Part shown: positions 1 through 8,851 of the stretch, one piece after another
Layout of the letters: each line of letters begins with the position of its first letter
Position numbering within the stretch: position 1 is the stretch's first letter
Origin: a virus
Lineage: Duplodnaviria; Caudoviricetes
DNA length: 53,030 nucleotides
IMG/VR virus record: IMGVR_UViG_3300032136_000007
Location: 1-53,030 of that record
Reading direction: 5' to 3' (one strand)
Translations under genes and position numbers: made by a program
Notes under the pieces: generated by a model
The model's database searches: none
What the model saw: the letters and a program-made list of their open reading frames with translations, nothing else
What the model was told of the DNA's origin: nothing

Positions 1-258
1 GAGGCAAAGGACAGCTACGAGACCTGGGACGAGGTGGGCAAGCTTCTGGAGCAGCGGCGGAGATTGGTGGAGAGCGAACGCCGTCGCTATGTGGAAATGC
101 AACAGGTGATCACGGCAGACCGGGCCATGCTCTTGATTTCTGCACTGGTAGACATTGTGAGGCAACACGTTGATGACCGCAGCATTTTGGCCGCAATCTC
201 GACAGACGTTGGAAAGCTCATTGCTGTCGATGTTCCAAACGGGACTGGTCGGGAATGA
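1..258 (+). CDS. terS: Terminase small subunit, C-terminal part (N-terminal part at the end of the window)
   Basis: Frame is open from base 1 (EAKDSYETWDEVGKLLEQRRRLVESERRR...), helical, and overlaps the start of the large terminase; complements the HGG-motif ORF truncated at 53030. Confidence 0.7.
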   Translation, partial: EAKDSYETWDEVGKLLEQRRRLVESERRRYVEMQQVITADRAMLLISALVDIVRQHVDDRSILAAISTDVGKLIAVDVPNGTGRE

Positions 259-1888
259 TGCGGACCCCGTCCCTGACCGGGTGACAGACCTGTATGCCTG
301 GACCACGACACATCGGGCTTTTCTGGCCGAGGATAAGCCCATCGACTTCAAGACACACCCCTACCTGATCGGCCTCTACAAACTGGATGCCCAACGGGTG
401 GTGATCTCCAAAGCGGCTCAGTTAGGCGTCTCAGAGTATGCCGTCTCCTATGCTCTTCATGCCGCCGACCAGCGCCGGGCCAATGTGCTCTACATCTTCC
501 CCAGCGACCGCACCATCAGCGACTTCTCCGCCGCCCGTATCGCCCCGGCCATCGAAGCCAGCACCTACTTGAAAATGATAGTTGAGAATCGAGAGGGGGG
601 GCGTCGAGGGGTTGACCAGACGCAACTCAAACGTATTCGTAATCGGTACCTGTATCTGCGCGGTGGCATGGTCAAGCCGGATGGTCGGGCGCCACAACTC
701 AAATCCATTGACGCCGACGTGCTGATCATGGACGAGTTTGACGAGATGGATCCCCGAGCGCCCAGCATTGCCCAGAAGCGTCTGGGACACAGTCGCATTG
801 CCGAGGAACGGCTGATCTCTACACCGTCCTATCCTGGAATGGGGGTGCACGCCAAGTTCTTGGAATCGGACCAACGCCACTGGTTCGTGGCGTGTCCTCA
901 TTGCAGACACAAGCAGACCATGACCCTAGCCCATGTGGTCACGGAGTTTGACCAGCTGGAGAGGCCCGTCCACTGGCACGGCCAGGACGAGAATCGGGCA
1001 TGGGTGGCCTGTGATCGATGCGGCGGGGAACTGGATCGGCTGGGGCCAGGGGAATGGGTAGCCCAGCACCCTGGCCGGGGGCTGGTGGGCTACCACATGA
1101 ACAAGCTATTCAGTCCCCATGTGGTGCTGGACGAGCTGATCGTCAACCTCCAGACCACGGACGAGACGAAGCGCAAGGAGGCCATGAACCAGGACTGGGG
1201 CCTGCCGTACAAGCCCAAGGGCGGCGGCCTGGACGACGAGATCCTGGACGGCTGTATGCGGGACTACGCCATGAAACCCGTGGCCGGGGAGAGAACGGTC
1301 ATGGGGGTGGATGTGGGCAAGGTTCTGAATGTTGTGATTCGTGGCCCGGAAGATAGTGAAACCGGGGAGCGTCCCTTGCGGTATGCCGGGGAGGTGGCGG
1401 GATTTGAAGAGGCGAGCCACCTGCTGCGGCGCTATCGGGTGAAGTGCTGCGTGGTGGACGCCAATCCGGAGGTACGGGAGGCCCGGCGTTTTCAGGCCAG
1501 CCAGCGGGCAGGGCTGGTGTGGGTCTGCTACTACAGCCTGGGCCATCAGGGGATGAAGACAGAGGAACCGTTGGATTGGAAAGACGATGACGGACGGGTG
1601 GATGTGGACCGTACCCGCATGATGGACGAGACGGTGAGCCGCTTTGTGGAGCAGGCGAACACCCTGCCGAGCAATGCTCAATCCATCCCCAACTACTACG
1701 ATCAGTTGAAGGCTCCCGTGCGCTTGACGGTGGCCAGGGGCGGGGATGGGGTGCAGGTCGCCCGCTACGTGGAGACCGGCGCAGACCACTACGCCCACGC
1801 CGAGACGTACTGCACGATTGCCAGTATGCGGCCGGCCGTGGTGCGACTGCACCGTGTTCCCCAGGCCAAGACGAGGGGCTGGCAATGA
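170..1888 (+). CDS. terL: Terminase large subunit, lambda GpA-like (probable start ATG 230)
   Basis: GpA-type Walker A SKAAQLGVSE, Walker B IMDEFDEM, ISTP motif, CPHC...CDRC zinc ribbon, C-terminal RNase H-like GVDVG...DHYAHA; directly upstream of the portal. Confidence 0.92.
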   Translation: MMTAAFWPQSRQTLESSLLSMFQTGLVGNDADPVPDRVTDLYAWTTTHRAFLAEDKPIDFKTHPYLIGLYKLDAQRVVISKAAQLGVSEYAVSYALHAADQRRANVLYIFPSDRTISDFSAARIAPAIEASTYLKMIVENREGGRRGVDQTQLKRIRNRYLYLRGGMVKPDGRAPQLKSIDADVLIMDEFDEMDPRAPSIAQKRLGHSRIAEERLISTPSYPGMGVHAKFLESDQRHWFVACPHCRHKQTMTLAHVVTEFDQLERPVHWHGQDENRAWVACDRCGGELDRLGPGEWVAQHPGRGLVGYHMNKLFSPHVVLDELIVNLQTTDETKRKEAMNQDWGLPYKPKGGGLDDEILDGCMRDYAMKPVAGERTVMGVDVGKVLNVVIRGPEDSETGERPLRYAGEVAGFEEASHLLRRYRVKCCVVDANPEVREARRFQASQRAGLVWVCYYSLGHQGMKTEEPLDWKDDDGRVDVDRTRMMDETVSRFVEQANTLPSNAQSIPNYYDQLKAPVRLTVARGGDGVQVARYVETGADHYAHAETYCTIASMRPAVVRLHRVPQAKTRGWQ

Positions 1889-2058
1889 AGCTGATCACAG
1901 CAGAGACCCGCAGGATCTTTGAGGAGTTGACCGACGTGCGCCTTGCTCGACGGGCCACGACCGATGCAATGGAGCGCATTCGACTGCGCAACCGACAGGG
2001 AGAGTTGACGCAACAGTATTGGCGTCTGTTCTGGCAAAGCCGGAAGGAGCAAACATGA
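1885..2058 (+). CDS. Small hypothetical protein (57 aa, MKLITAETRRIFEE...)
   Basis: ATGA overlaps with both the terL stop and the portal start, indicating translational coupling; below the ORF-track cutoff. Confidence 0.6.
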   Translation: MKLITAETRRIFEELTDVRLARRATTDAMERIRLRNRQGELTQQYWRLFWQSRKEQT

Positions 2059-4370
2059 GCGACAAGAATCTCAACATCAAGAAGGATGGGGTCCGGGCGC
2101 TGGCCGGAAAGCGGATCACTCTGGATCGCTACCAGTCCAACCAGAGTGCGCTGGGGCTATACGCCATCCAATCGCCAGATGAACCGGATCTGTTGTGGCA
2201 CCTGCGGCGGCTGGACCTCAACACGGTGTCGGCGTACAGCACGGACCAACTGATCGATCTGCTGGCCGACCTGTCTCCGGAGGTGGGCAAGGCGTTATGG
2301 GACTTCTTGCGTCTGTGTAATCCAGGGTGGGAAATCACGGCCTATCGGCTGGATTCCGATACGATCAACGCCCAGGCGCAGGCGGCCATCGATACCTTTC
2401 TGGACACGCTGACCGACCTCTACGGGTCAGTTGATGTACCGATCAACCGTATGTTTCTCAACGCCTTTCTGCGGGGTGCGATTGTGTGCGAGATGGTCCT
2501 GGATCAAGGGCGAACTGCCGTGGATCTGGCCGTCCCGGACCCGTGGGCCTTGCGCTTTCGGAGAGAGCCGGATGCTGTACGCGGCCAGGTGTGGCGGCTG
2601 GGCCAGTTCCAGGATGGCAAGTGGGTGAGCCTGGAACTGGACACGGTGCGCTATGCGCCCGTAGATCCCCACGCCAACAGTCCTTATGGTCGGCCCCTGG
2701 TCGGCCCGGCGCTCTTTTCGGCACTCTTCCTGCTGGGCATGTTGCACGATCTGCGCCGGGTGGTAGAGCAGCAGGGCTATCCTCGGCTGGATCTGGCGGT
2801 GGATATGGAGAAGTTGGTGAACATGATGCCCGACGATCTGGCGGACAGCCCGGAGGATGCCCAGGAGTGGATCAATGCAGCCTTCACCGAAATCCAAGAG
2901 GTGTACGGGAGCCTTGCGCCGGATGACGCCTACATCCACGGGGACAGCATCACGGTCAATCGGCCAGTGGGGGCGGTGGGGGCCGATGCGCTTGGGTCCA
3001 TCGACAACCTGATCCGCTCCCTGGAACGCATGGTGACTCGTGGCCTGAAGACCATGCCACTGATGATGGGGAGCAACGAGGCGGTCAGCGAAACCCACGC
3101 CAACCGGCAGTGGGAGATTATGGCGGCTGGCCTCAAGAGCATCCAGCATCTGGCAGAATCCCTGTTGGGCAATCTGTTGAAAGTGATGTGCGAGGCACAG
3201 GGCATCCAGACAACGGTGACGGTGCGCTTCGCAGAATTGCGGGCGGCGGAAGAGCTGCGGGATGCCCAGTCCGAGGCGATGAAGATTGCCAACGCCAAGA
3301 GCAAGTACGAGCAGGGATGGATCTCCCAGGACGAGGCGGCGCTGGAAGTGACTGGCCATGAGGCTGACCAGGAAGAGCCGAGGGGCCCATCAGACGGCCT
3401 GGCCGGCCTGGGCAGCATCCTGGCCGGTGGACCTGCCAACGACGGTGAAGAGCGCCGGGGGCCAGCCCTGGACATGGAGGTACGGTCCCGCAAGACGACC
3501 ATCCCAACCGGGGCAGACAAACCTCTGCCCGACGTGCCGGTGGAGCAGTTGGATGTGGACGAGATCCTGGCGGCTCTGGCTGAGTGGGACCGATTGAGCG
3601 AGGAAGAACATGCCGGGCTGTTGGCGGCCACACCGGACGGCAGCGAGGGTGACCTGTGGGCAGTTCTGGCCGGGCTGGTGGCGGCATCTCTCTGGCAGTA
3701 CCGGGCCTCTTCCCGTCGCTACGTGAACACGGCGACGGGTACGATGTTGACCCGCAACCAGTTGATCGACCTGCGAGACGCCTTCACGGTGCAGGTGCGG
3801 GCAGAAGCTCGGAACATCACGGCAGCCATGCTGGACGGAGAAAGCACGCTGCAACGCTGGCTGCTGGACATGCAGGACATGGTACGCAACACGCATACGA
3901 ACCAGTTCATGCTGGGCCGGGGCGGGGTAGGCATGGTCATGGAGGCAGACCTGCCCATGGTGGAGCAGGTGATCAATGACCAGTACGGCTATCTGCAGGG
4001 CTTTGCCGATGACATCGCCGCAGGGAATGTGAGCGATGGTCGTATGCTGGCCCGGGCGCAGATGTACGCCGACGCCGGGACGCAGAGCTACGAGCGGGGT
4101 CTGGCCCTGGCCTATGGGCTGCCGTCTCTGCCGGCCTATCCGGGCGACGGCGGCACACAGTGCCTGTCCAACTGCAAGTGTCGCTGGTCGATCACCGAGG
4201 ACGAGGAGGCGTGGTACTGCTACTGGACCCTGGGCATTGCCGAGCATTGTCCGGACTGCGTAGATCGGGCGTCCACATGGAATCCGTTGATCGTGCCCAA
4301 AGCGACGGCCAGAAATCGGGCCGATCTGGACACTGTGCTGGCCGGGATGGAGAACGGCCATGTCCATTGA
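2055..4370 (+). CDS. Portal protein with a fused C-terminal minor-head (MuF/SPP1 gp7-like) domain
   Basis: Follows the terminase, RBS AAGGAG before ATG 2055; portal-like N-terminal ~450 aa (PYGRPL, QQGYPRLD, GWISQDEAA); C-terminal CLSNCKC and EHCPDC motifs. Confidence 0.8.
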   Translation: MSDKNLNIKKDGVRALAGKRITLDRYQSNQSALGLYAIQSPDEPDLLWHLRRLDLNTVSAYSTDQLIDLLADLSPEVGKALWDFLRLCNPGWEITAYRLDSDTINAQAQAAIDTFLDTLTDLYGSVDVPINRMFLNAFLRGAIVCEMVLDQGRTAVDLAVPDPWALRFRREPDAVRGQVWRLGQFQDGKWVSLELDTVRYAPVDPHANSPYGRPLVGPALFSALFLLGMLHDLRRVVEQQGYPRLDLAVDMEKLVNMMPDDLADSPEDAQEWINAAFTEIQEVYGSLAPDDAYIHGDSITVNRPVGAVGADALGSIDNLIRSLERMVTRGLKTMPLMMGSNEAVSETHANRQWEIMAAGLKSIQHLAESLLGNLLKVMCEAQGIQTTVTVRFAELRAAEELRDAQSEAMKIANAKSKYEQGWISQDEAALEVTGHEADQEEPRGPSDGLAGLGSILAGGPANDGEERRGPALDMEVRSRKTTIPTGADKPLPDVPVEQLDVDEILAALAEWDRLSEEEHAGLLAATPDGSEGDLWAVLAGLVAASLWQYRASSRRYVNTATGTMLTRNQLIDLRDAFTVQVRAEARNITAAMLDGESTLQRWLLDMQDMVRNTHTNQFMLGRGGVGMVMEADLPMVEQVINDQYGYLQGFADDIAAGNVSDGRMLARAQMYADAGTQSYERGLALAYGLPSLPAYPGDGGTQCLSNCKCRWSITEDEEAWYCYWTLGIAEHCPDCVDRASTWNPLIVPKATARNRADLDTVLAGMENGHVH

Positions 4371-4662
4371 GCAGATCCGGGCGTTGCTGTCGGCAGAGGC
4401 CCAGGCGATGAAGGATCAGCGCATCCGGTTGTTGGCGCTGGTCGGGCTGGTGGAAACGTACTTGGAAGCGGCCACGGTACCGGACGATGAATCTGAACTG
4501 TGGATGGCAAGACGCCGGGCCTGGCTGATGGAGTTGGCGGCGATTGAGGTTTACCTGGGCTTGCCCAGGTCCGTACTGCCCAAGGCCGAGCGCCGGGCTG
4601 CACACAATGCAGACCGAAGGAATGGGCACGCACACGATCCAAGATCATCCAGACCCAGCTGA
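4360..4662 (+). CDS. Hypothetical protein
   Basis: Overlaps the portal stop, GGAG RBS, plausible helical protein. Confidence 0.55.
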   Translation: MSIEQIRALLSAEAQAMKDQRIRLLALVGLVETYLEAATVPDDESELWMARRRAWLMELAAIEVYLGLPRSVLPKAERRAAHNADRRNGHAHDPRSSRPS

Positions 4663-4682
4663 AGGATATAAGAGGGGGAACC

Positions 4683-4991
4683 ATGTTTGTAATGGGCCGC
4701 ATACGAATAGCTTTGGAGATTCAAGGGGATGTCGTACATCAGATCGAGGCAGCACTGAACAGCTTGTCATCGGTATCGGCCAGCGGCGGCACAACCACCG
4801 TGCCGACCGGAGTCAGCTTGCCTTGCGCACACCTGGGCAGCACGGATGTAGGAGCGCAGGGAGAGCGACAGGCAGCAGGGGAGGGATGGTGGCCCAGAAC
4901 CTTCGAGGGAAACGATATCGGGGTCCTGGCTATCACCAAGGAAGAGCTGCTGACAGCAGGGTTGGGCGAGACGGGGTTTCATTCGGGATAA
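4683..4991 (+). CDS. Hypothetical protein
   Basis: GAGGGGG RBS before ATG; fills the gap in the operon. Confidence 0.5.
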   Translation: MFVMGRIRIALEIQGDVVHQIEAALNSLSSVSASGGTTTVPTGVSLPCAHLGSTDVGAQGERQAAGEGWWPRTFEGNDIGVLAITKEELLTAGLGETGFHSG

Positions 4992-5051
4992 GAAGAGTTA
5001 TACAGAATAAAAATGCGTTTCCCCAGATGGGCGTCCCTCCCCCACAAGCTT

Positions 5052-5501
5052 TTACGGGGTTGGTAGGTAAACCCGGTTCATTGCCCGGTCACAGTCGGCC
5101 ATGAACGCTCTGCCCAGCTCTCGGTCTGACATGCTCCACCCAGCCAAGTGTAGGGCTTCTCTGGCTTCGGTTGCCCCTTCGATGCACACGTCGAACCCAG
5201 CTAACAGATCGGCGTGTGTACGCTTCATCAACGTGGGCGGCGTGGTGTTGGCAATAGCCCGCCGTCCCCGGTTCAGGGTGTTCAGAAAGTCTACAAAAGC
5301 CTGATCGGTTGGTCGGTTGGAGCGAATGGACGTATAGAGGGTTTGGGTGACCTCGGTGGCGTTGTCCAGATGGGGCATAATGAGATCGATATACGAGACG
5401 GCCATCTGTCGATCATTGGCATCTTGTACTTGCCCATAGAGCCAGAATCCGGCTACAACTAGAACGACAACGATCAAAACTGGGATGGTCTTTTTGTTCA
5501 T
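5052..5501 (-). CDS. Membrane-anchored or secreted protein, moron-like
   Basis: MNKK followed by a hydrophobic TM/signal segment; AGAAAGGA RBS; opposite strand to the structural operon. Confidence 0.75.
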   Translation of the reverse strand: MNKKTIPVLIVVVLVVAGFWLYGQVQDANDRQMAVSYIDLIMPHLDNATEVTQTLYTSIRSNRPTDQAFVDFLNTLNRGRRAIANTTPPTLMKRTHADLLAGFDVCIEGATEAREALHLAGWSMSDRELGRAFMADCDRAMNRVYLPTP

Positions 5502-5579
5502 GGAGGGAGATCCTTTCTTGTTTAGGTGAAACGGTTATATGTTACCACATCACCAAGATTTCTGTTTTGCATTTTCCCA

Positions 5580-5609
5580 TTGACACCGCACGAACATCCG
5601 TGCTATACT
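5580..5609 (+). promoter_or_regulatory. Sigma70-like promoter of the head operon containing a GAACATCCGTGC box
   Basis: TTGACA (5580-5585), 18 nt spacer, TG-n-TATACT (5604-5609). Confidence 0.75.
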
Positions 5610-5615
5610 CAAGCC

Positions 5616-5794
5616 ACGTTCGACCGTAGGTTCCTGGCAGGTGAAAGTCTGCTCCATGCAGTGTAGACGACGCATTGTCACCCCTTTGTGAGTCTCTAGC
5701 CTGCCAGGGACCGGTCGAATGTCCATATTACTGTCGCCCCCGGTGCGAACACCTGCGGCGAGATTGCCATCATTGGCAGTCTCGCCGCTTTTTT
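5616..5794 (+). ncRNA. Candidate structured RNA or attenuator leader
   Basis: Starts at the predicted +1; 5616-5626 pairs with 5712-5722 and 5629-5641 with 5700-5712; ends at an intrinsic terminator. Confidence 0.55.
5755..5794 (+). terminator. Intrinsic terminator in the leader of the head operon
   Basis: 15-bp stem GCGGCGAGATTGCCA/TGGCAGTCTCGCCGC with TCAT loop, followed by TTTTTT. Confidence 0.85.
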
Positions 5795-5824
5795 GTTGCC
5801 CATCACCAGTCAGGAGCCTTGTCC

Positions 5825-7072
5825 ATGAATCTCGACAACCAAATTTTTGAGCATCCCGCCAGGGTGCAGACGGTGGCCGAAGGTGGCGACTTGATGGCCC
5901 TGCTGACGGAGCGGCACGCTCTGGACGGGGATGCCCTGGCCGAGCACGCCCCGTTCTTCTTCCGGGCAGAGATTTCCAGCGACCGGCTGGACGCCTATTT
6001 CACCCGCATGCACCGCACCAGCCTGGTCAACTACGCCCAGGACGCCCAGGCAGGCGTCACGTTCCTGGACAGCCACAACCATCGCACGATGGGCTTTGGC
6101 CGGTCCCTGACGGGTGTCTTCCTGCCGGGCGATGACGTGCAGACGGTCCAGGCGGATTTCTACACCGTGCGGGGCCTGACGCTCAACGGGGTCAACACCG
6201 ACCACCTGATCGCCGGCATCCGCACGGGGCTGGTCAAAGATGTGTCCATTGGCTTCTATGGGGGCGAACACGTCTGCTCGGTGTGTGGGCTGGATCTGTG
6301 GGACTGGGACTGCCCGCACATTCCCGGCTTCAAATATCCTGGCGCCACGGATGAAGACGGGAATCGAGGGACCGAACAGGTGGCCTTTGCCTGGGTGTGG
6401 GAGGCCCGGCTTGCTGAGGTCTCTGCTGTCTACGATGGGGCCACGCCAGGGGCGGCCATCCTCAAAGCCCAGCAGGAGGCCGAGGCCGGACGGCTCAAGT
6501 CTGCACAGATTCGCATGATCGAAAACCGTTACCGTATTGCTCTTCCCGGACGCCGTCAATCGTGGGCCGGGGCAACTTTCTCACAGGAGGAAACCATGCC
6601 GATGGATGACAAGCAGCAGGACCAGAAGGACACCCAGCCCCAGGCCGACGAGCGTCTCCAGGTGCTGGAACGGGTGGAGGCAGCCCTGGCCGACATGGAC
6701 GGGGCCAACGTCGAAGCAAAGCTGGCCGGGCTGATGGCTGAACGCACTGCCCAGGCGCAGAGGGTCAAAGACCTCACCGCCGAGGTAGACCGGCTCAAGC
6801 CCCTGGCCGACGACGGGGCCACCTACCGGGCCGACCTGATCGACAACGCCCTGGCCGAAGGTGTTCGGGCCTACGGCGACAGCTTCGACGCCGACACCTA
6901 CAGCGCCCTTATGGGTCAATCCGATCTCGTTGTCATCAAGCGGCTGCGGGACGACTGGAAGGTCATCGGGGATGGTCGATTCCCCCACGGTCGCCAGACG
7001 AAGGACCAGCACGAAAACGGGGCCACCCCCTCCCCTGCCGGTGACATCCCCGCTCACGCTTTCCGGGCCTAG
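5825..7072 (+). CDS. Prohead protease with C-terminal scaffold domain
   Basis: AGGAG RBS before ATG 5825; LDSH, VSIGF, CSVCG...CPHIPG and EVSAVYDGA motifs; coiled-coil C-terminus; lies between portal and capsid. Confidence 0.8.
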   Translation: MNLDNQIFEHPARVQTVAEGGDLMALLTERHALDGDALAEHAPFFFRAEISSDRLDAYFTRMHRTSLVNYAQDAQAGVTFLDSHNHRTMGFGRSLTGVFLPGDDVQTVQADFYTVRGLTLNGVNTDHLIAGIRTGLVKDVSIGFYGGEHVCSVCGLDLWDWDCPHIPGFKYPGATDEDGNRGTEQVAFAWVWEARLAEVSAVYDGATPGAAILKAQQEAEAGRLKSAQIRMIENRYRIALPGRRQSWAGATFSQEETMPMDDKQQDQKDTQPQADERLQVLERVEAALADMDGANVEAKLAGLMAERTAQAQRVKDLTAEVDRLKPLADDGATYRADLIDNALAEGVRAYGDSFDADTYSALMGQSDLVVIKRLRDDWKVIGDGRFPHGRQTKDQHENGATPSPAGDIPAHAFRA

Positions 7073-7139
7073 AATCTCGGCTTCGAGATTTTAGCAAGAA
7101 TCTCAACAACAAGACGCATAGATCAGGAGGACTCAACTC

Positions 7140-7568
7140 ATGGCAGATCCACGCAAGACCGAATCGTTTGAGGGAATTGGGGCGGTGTACGCCACTTACC
7201 TCATCGACAACAGCACCATCACCTACAGCGCTAGCGAGACGAACGGCAGTGCCCAGGTGGGCTTGGCCGTGACCCTCAGCGCCGCCAAGACCGTTGCCCT
7301 GGCCGCCGACGCCGAGGCTGTCATCGGCAAGCTGATCCGGGTGGAAGCCGACAACCGGGCCGTGGTCCAGGTGGCCGGCTACATGACCTTGCCGGGCGGG
7401 GACAGCGCCACGCTGACCCTGGGCAGCAAGATCGTGGGCGACCTGGGCGCAGCCAGTGCCAAGGGCTACATCCGCAGTGCGGCCAGCGCCACCGCCGCCG
7501 AACTCGCCGTCCAGTCCGGTGTCATCCACGATGCCGGCACCACGACCGCCGTGGTCGTCAAGTTCTAG
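7140..7568 (+). CDS. Head decoration (capsid cement) protein
   Basis: 142 aa, Ala/Gly/Thr-rich, between protease and capsid, AGGAGG RBS. Confidence 0.7.
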   Translation: MADPRKTESFEGIGAVYATYLIDNSTITYSASETNGSAQVGLAVTLSAAKTVALAADAEAVIGKLIRVEADNRAVVQVAGYMTLPGGDSATLTLGSKIVGDLGAASAKGYIRSAASATAAELAVQSGVIHDAGTTTAVVVKF

Positions 7569-7622
7569 AAGTTCTGGGCCAGGCCTAGACTCTCACAATC
7601 CAGAATCAACAGGAGGAACATC

Positions 7623-8837
7623 ATGCAAGACAAGACCACACGACCCGGCCCGGCTGACCTGTTCGCACAGATGGGGCCGCAGATGTACCGGGCGGCCTAC
7701 AAAGAGGGCATGTCCCTCTCTGCATGGCTGGAAAAGCAAAATCCATCCGGGCAGTACAAGGACGGGCTGGACGCCTTCTCCCGGATGATGATGCAGGCCG
7801 GCATCGTCACCCGCAGCGACACCCAGGCAGGCTACCATGCCGACAAGTTCGAGAAGTTCTACGAGAACGAGCAGACCCGCAGTCTGCTGCCCGAGTGGTG
7901 GGCGCGGCGCTGGCGGGAAGCGGCTACCGGTCGTCCCGTCACCACCCGTGCCACCTATGGCAGCGACGACGCCGCGGTGGGGAGCCTGAACAACCCCTAC
8001 ATCGACAACGGGGTGGCCCGGTGGGATCAGCAGATCGCCCCGGCCATTCCGATCAGCCAACTCGTTGCCATCACCACGCCCATCGATGGCAACACCTATC
8101 GCAGCACCTACCTGACCAACAGCGCCGCCAACCAGCGGCTGGTGCGGGTGGGCGAGTCTGCGGACATCCCGACCGTCAAGCTGACTGAGAGCGACCGCAC
8201 GGTCACGCTCTACAAGTTTGGCCGGGGGCTGGAAGCCACCTACGAAAGTCTGCGCCGGATGCGCATCGACAAGGTGGCCATGCACATCGCTCGCATGGCG
8301 GTGCAGGCCGAGACGGACAAGCTGGCCGCTATCTTGGATGTCATCGTGAACGGCGACGGCAACTCCGGCACCAGCGCTACCAACTACAACCTGACCACCC
8401 TGGACAGTGCGGCCAGTGCGGGCACGCTCACGCTCAAGGGCTGGCTGGCCTTCAAGATGAAGTTTGCCAACCCCTACATGCTGACGACCGCCCTGGCGAC
8501 CGAGGCGACTGCTCTGCAGATGATGCTGCTGAACACCGGCAGCGGGAACACCCCCCTGGTCACTATCCAGGCGGCATCCGGGTTCGGTGGCTTCAACCAG
8601 ATCAACCCTGGCCTGCGGGACGGTGTGGCCCTGGGCTGGACCGCCGAGGCGCCGACGCTCAAGATCGTCGCCATTGACAACCGGTTCGCCATCGAGCGGG
8701 TCTACGAGATGGGGGCCAACGTCCAGGAGACGGAGCGCTTCATCCGCAACCAGACCGAACTGATGACCTTCTCCGAGGTTGAAGGCTACGCCGTCATCGA
8801 CGCCAATGCCATGCTGACCCTGAACGTCAACGCCTAA
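7623..8837 (+). CDS. Major capsid protein
   Basis: 404 aa, AGGAGG RBS, HK97-fold-like signatures (RVGESADIP...LYKFGRGLEATYE), strongly biased codon usage. Confidence 0.88.
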   Translation: MQDKTTRPGPADLFAQMGPQMYRAAYKEGMSLSAWLEKQNPSGQYKDGLDAFSRMMMQAGIVTRSDTQAGYHADKFEKFYENEQTRSLLPEWWARRWREAATGRPVTTRATYGSDDAAVGSLNNPYIDNGVARWDQQIAPAIPISQLVAITTPIDGNTYRSTYLTNSAANQRLVRVGESADIPTVKLTESDRTVTLYKFGRGLEATYESLRRMRIDKVAMHIARMAVQAETDKLAAILDVIVNGDGNSGTSATNYNLTTLDSAASAGTLTLKGWLAFKMKFANPYMLTTALATEATALQMMLLNTGSGNTPLVTIQAASGFGGFNQINPGLRDGVALGWTAEAPTLKIVAIDNRFAIERVYEMGANVQETERFIRNQTELMTFSEVEGYAVIDANAMLTLNVNA

Positions 8838-8851
8838 CCAGGAGGACACCC

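Noticed and set aside
5675-5824. N-terminal extension of the protease from TTG 5675
   Set aside because: No RBS and it crosses a strong terminator; ATG 5825 has an AGGAG RBS.
7593-8849. Long antisense ORFs opposite the capsid, portal, tape measure and AAA genes
   Set aside because: Expected shadows of GC3-biased coding sequence; no RBS or motifs.
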